Assembly (NCBI GenBank): GCA_900617105.1
Contig: UYFQ01000237.1
Span: 1 to 64,000, forward strand
Direction of reading: 5' to 3'
Source of the DNA: Hydrurus foetidus
Lineage: Eukaryota
Length of the DNA: 64,000 nt
Position 1 is the first letter of the stretch. Each line of letters begins with the position of its first letter. A model generated the notes under the pieces. That model made no database searches. It saw nothing but the letters and a program-made list of their open reading frames with translations, and was not told the origin of the DNA. Positions 60,111 through 64,000 of the stretch are shown here, piece after piece. A program made the translations under genes and the position numbers.

Positions 60111-61170
60111 TTTATGTCACTGAACGAGTGCTAATTTCTTGTTTTTTGTGCCTCAGTAAGTTTGAATTCTGATGAAAGTTAGTGCATGAGTTGTGTACCA
60201 TTTGATGAGTGAAGATGTGCTCATGTCTTGTCTTTACAGACATTTTATTAACATCATAAATAAATCTTTTTCACATCTGCGAAAGTATCACGTACACTGG
60301 ACTCGAATACCAAATAGAAGTAGATCACAATTATTCCAAACAGGAAAATGCGAAACACTTGCAACAATCAGAGCCGTAAGATTATTGGAAGCTGTGAGGT
60401 CTCATCTAAATGGGATGGTTAGGGTTATACAGGGAGTGGGTGGCAATAGGCACTCCACGCGCATTCGGAGTCCATTTGTCCAGTTCAAAGCTGTAGTCAC
60501 TTTTCCTTATTACGCTGAATTTAGTCGTCCCAAAGAGATGAGTGGTGTCCCTATCTGATTTTAGCGGATTGACTTCCCCTCGTAATTTGACGGCGGTTAT
60601 TTTTTGTCTGAATAGCTGTCCAACTGTACCCTTCCTTGCTGAAGGTCGATACATACCCCCCATTCTACTCACTAGATTGCGGTAGTAATTTGAAGAGTGG
60701 AGGATAAATTATTATCGTCTCGAAATGCCAGAACCCAAGCATGAAGCCCGGGGTCCATTCCACATCTTGTAGAGAGAGGGCCTGAGACGCTACGGTGACG
60801 TTCATCGCATCCATGCACTACTCCTTTATATTAATTGAGAATTCTTATATCATTAGTGTCCAACTCTTAGGCGTTAGCTATGCGATGTAACTACTTTTAC
60901 CTTTAAAACTACAGTGCTACAGTACATCAGAGTACGTAAAATTAAAAGAAAATGTGTATTCCGTAGGTGGCCTGATATCAAATCATGAAAATTGAAGTGT
61001 GTGTGTGCCGTGTGTGCTGTGTGCTTCAGTCTTCAGTGCTCATGCTTCTGTGCTTCTGCGCTCTCGAGTATCTATAGATCACTCAACGGTCGAGTATAGA
61101 CGCTCGATGCATAATACTGTTTTTTGACTCCGTCGCTGCGGAAATTTAACGGCAACGTCATCTTTCTCTG

Positions 61171-63466
61171 ATGCCATCTCAAATTTATCATGCTAAAACC
61201 CTGTGGTACTTTGTAATCCTAACTTTAGCTGCCTGGCGAAGAGACTCATACGGCTCCTCACTTCCGTCTGATGATGACTGTGTATTTCAAGATTTATGTC
61301 ACTCCGTCGCTTCCGTAACTTGCGCAATCGAAAGAGGTGCATGGTTTATTTCTAACAACACCTTGGCAATGAAAAATGTGGGTTGTCTACTCGGAGCGGA
61401 TAGATGTCGTGCTGTCCGGCATGTACCAACGGAGACTGAAGTCTCTCCATCGCCTACTCCTCCTGCTGCGAAGAATAAGCAATATCAGGCGTTGGCTACA
61501 ACAGCGGAAAGCATCGTTCCTAAGACTTGGTGGCGCGATGGTTTTGCCGATCCACAGCTGCTACTTACTGCGAAAGATCATGAACTGCCACGAAAACAAT
61601 TCGATGCTTCGACGTTACAGAATAAGAAATTGAAAAATCTTCTACAGTGCGTCACGAGGCAGCAGTTTATTAGAAAATCGTTCGCCTTTGATTTGGAACC
61701 AGAAATAGACGCCATCGCTGCTACAAAAAAATGCACAGCAATGAAGGAGCCTGTTGTGATATCTTTTTTCGAACAGTGGAATACAGGTGACAACAACGTG
61801 AACTTTGGAGGGAAATTGAAGAAGGAACCTAGCTCTGGGCGCCTTACTTGGGCTCCGATAGAACAAGGAGATGGGAAGCTCCTCGTATCAGCTCTGCAGG
61901 TATCGTCTCTTCAATCTCCAGTTTCCGTAGTCACGATTCTGCCCAGCACTTTTACTACATTACACACCAAAAGCTCATTAATTGTCTTCATTGTGAACTA
62001 TTTGACTAGGTGCTCGATTTTTTCTATGCCAATTATGGCGGTGTTTGGACGGGTTGTTTTCGGTTCGAGAGATCTTCTGAATGCAGAGGAGCGCTTGCTG
62101 GTGAGATAGAACTACTGCTCTCACTGATTATACATTGTTGAAAGAAGGGTAAATGCATGGGATAGGCTGTTGAATGTCTGTGATACGTCATATTGTCGTT
62201 GGTTTTATTTCTGGTGCTTCATACTCAGATTGAATGTGTTAACATTGAGAGATATCGCACTGAAATGTGGCTTGGATTTCCATCATCGCTCGCTTATGAC
62301 GTTTCTATATCTAATCTCATCTCTGTAATCAAACTCCATCTCATCTTATCTCATTTCATATCATATCATATCATATCATATCATATCGTATCATATTTTC
62401 TCATTTTACGTCTAATCTGATGTTATCTCGTATTATACTATATCATCTCATGTCATCTATTCGTCCCACCCCTTTTCATTCTTCAGCTGCGTCTCTGGTA
62501 GCTACAATGCACAAGATATACGACATATCAAGTAAAAGTGTCGACAAAAACAGCAACAAGAAAAAAGATTTCACGGAGAGCAGTTTCGTTGCAGGATACA
62601 TCTTGGCGTCTCTTGGCAGAGGACTGCTGCACGGAGACACAGAAAGCACGGGGAACGTTCCTCTGACGGTGTGGAAAGTAAAGAATGCGGATTTTATCGC
62701 ATTGCAGGGAGCATACATGCAGCTGTACATTCGTTCTTTCGGAGCTGTTTACACTTCCCAAGTGGATCATTATATTCCCATGTCCTTCCCGCCAGACTTC
62801 CAAGTGTATCCTAAACAGGCGTGGACTCATTTAGCCCTATCGTCAGAGCCGCTGTACACTTCTCTCAGGAATTGGATGTTCACAGAAGTGGGGAGTCTGA
62901 TCGATTTCGGACCGTATAGACCGTTAGCCGCAGAATACGATGCGAGAAAAGCTATTCTAGCTCCAGGCAAAAGAAGAATACTGATCGATGTTGGGGCAAA
63001 TGGATTCTTCGCATCGCCTAAATACCTGATAGACTCTTACTCTCCCTACGCCCCTTTCACACACGTCATCATGGTCGAGCCTGAACCGCATTTCAGCGCT
63101 ACTGTGCCGAAGGTTTATTCAGAAAGATACAATATTACATTTTTACAAATATACGCTGAGGTGAACACTGGATCGGATACAGACATGGTAAAATTGCTGC
63201 CAAAATTGGTAACAAAAGATGATTATGTGGTTCTAAAATTCGATGTGGATCCAAACAAATTTGCACAAGGCCCCACGATGGAATGGGGTTTCTTGTTTTC
63301 GTTGATGAAAACAGCCGCAATAGCTGAATTGATTGATGAATTGTATATAGAACTGCATTTTCATTTCCCCTCATTGTACTGGAAGCACTACCACAGTAAC
63401 TGGGAGGCTCTTGATACGTTTAGATATCTGAGACAAAAAGGAGTTGTTGTGCATTCTTGGCCGTAG
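61171..63466 (+). CDS. secretory-pathway protein with C-terminal FkbM-type (Methyltransf_21-like) SAM methyltransferase domain; 3 exons
   Basis: Hydrophobic leader; ILIDVGAN, MVEPEP, DYVVLKFDVD, LIDELYIELH. Exons 61171-61899, 62010-62100, 62487-63466 are phase-compatible. Confidence 0.82.
62320..62460 (+). repeat. intronic pentamer microsatellite (TATCA/TCTCA)n
   Basis: Directly visible in the 3' half of intron 62101-62486. Confidence 0.85.
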
Positions 63467-64000
63467 TCGAATTCAGCCGGACATTTTACAATTTTACCTT
63501 GTTATCGCATCTAACTTACATCCAATATTGTACCGTTTTTTTGCTTGAGCGTATCAAAGCTATTTTCTGATGTTCTTCAAAATTGAACTTAAAGAACACT
63601 CACTCTCTCTCATTTTTCAGTCTCAAGTTTTTATGTTCCGTTGTTACACAGTACTGACTGTTCCTCAATTTGGTTCAGATAAAGTTCGTTAACGGCTTTA
63701 ATTCTAAAATACATCGCGAAGGCTTTTCTGATCCTAGATCCCCGAATTTTTTGTCGAGAGCAGTAGTGAGATGAAAAACGCGAGGGAATATTTTTCACTG
63801 AAGGTGCAGATTTTTGATGAAAAATAAATGCATCTTTTCTGAAATTTCTCTGAGGTTTGGAGCTACAGATTTTATCGACAGATCTTTTTTTCGATAGCCT
63901 CAAATGAACTGTATTATAGAGAATTTTTATTTCAATTTAATCAGAGAGAAGAATGCTGTGCTGCGATATGAAGACTCTTGAAATTTTGAAATATATCGTT

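Noticed and set aside
1..64000. Alternative genetic code or non-canonical introns
   Set aside because: TAA, TAG and TGA all end conserved genes, and all introns I traced are GT-AG.

Overview
This is eukaryotic, intron-containing DNA with GT-AG introns and the standard code. It most likely comes from a flagellated stramenopile with a secondary plastid (ochrophyte/chrysophyte-like). That is an inference from CFAP20, a diatom-CoDi-type copia element, PT-repeat proteins and signal-peptide-bearing proteasome and AI-2E proteins. Bases 1-10 kb hold two head-to-head LTR retrotransposons: a minus-strand Ty1/copia element (gag-PR-IN-RT, running off the left edge) abutting a plus-strand chromodomain-bearing Ty3/gypsy element. 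Both are broken only by single frame slips. The rest is gene-dense: a secreted methyltransferase-like/GT14 fusion, CFAP20, a PUS1/TruA pseudouridine synthase, SNF7/VPS32, an AI-2E transporter, a divergent syntaxin-16, a large PT-repeat mucin-like membrane protein, a signal-peptide-bearing proteasome alpha subunit, a GT64 glycosyltransferase, a tweety-like protein, a TPR-like/2OG-Fe(II) hydroxylase, an FkbM-type methyltransferase and several low-complexity unknowns. A gene-poor stretch at about 29.3-35 kb contains a 52-bp-arm hairpin. The main things to follow up are the secretory-pathway proteasome subunit, the methyltransferase-GT14 fusion and neighbouring glycan-modification genes, the syntaxin with a disrupted SNARE helix and two CxxC motifs, an intron with about 20 TACTAAC copies, and a position-dependent pattern of 5-nt versus 7-nt microsatellites. 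All domain calls are by-eye motif recognition; no searches were run. No rRNA, tRNA or CRISPR array was recognised.
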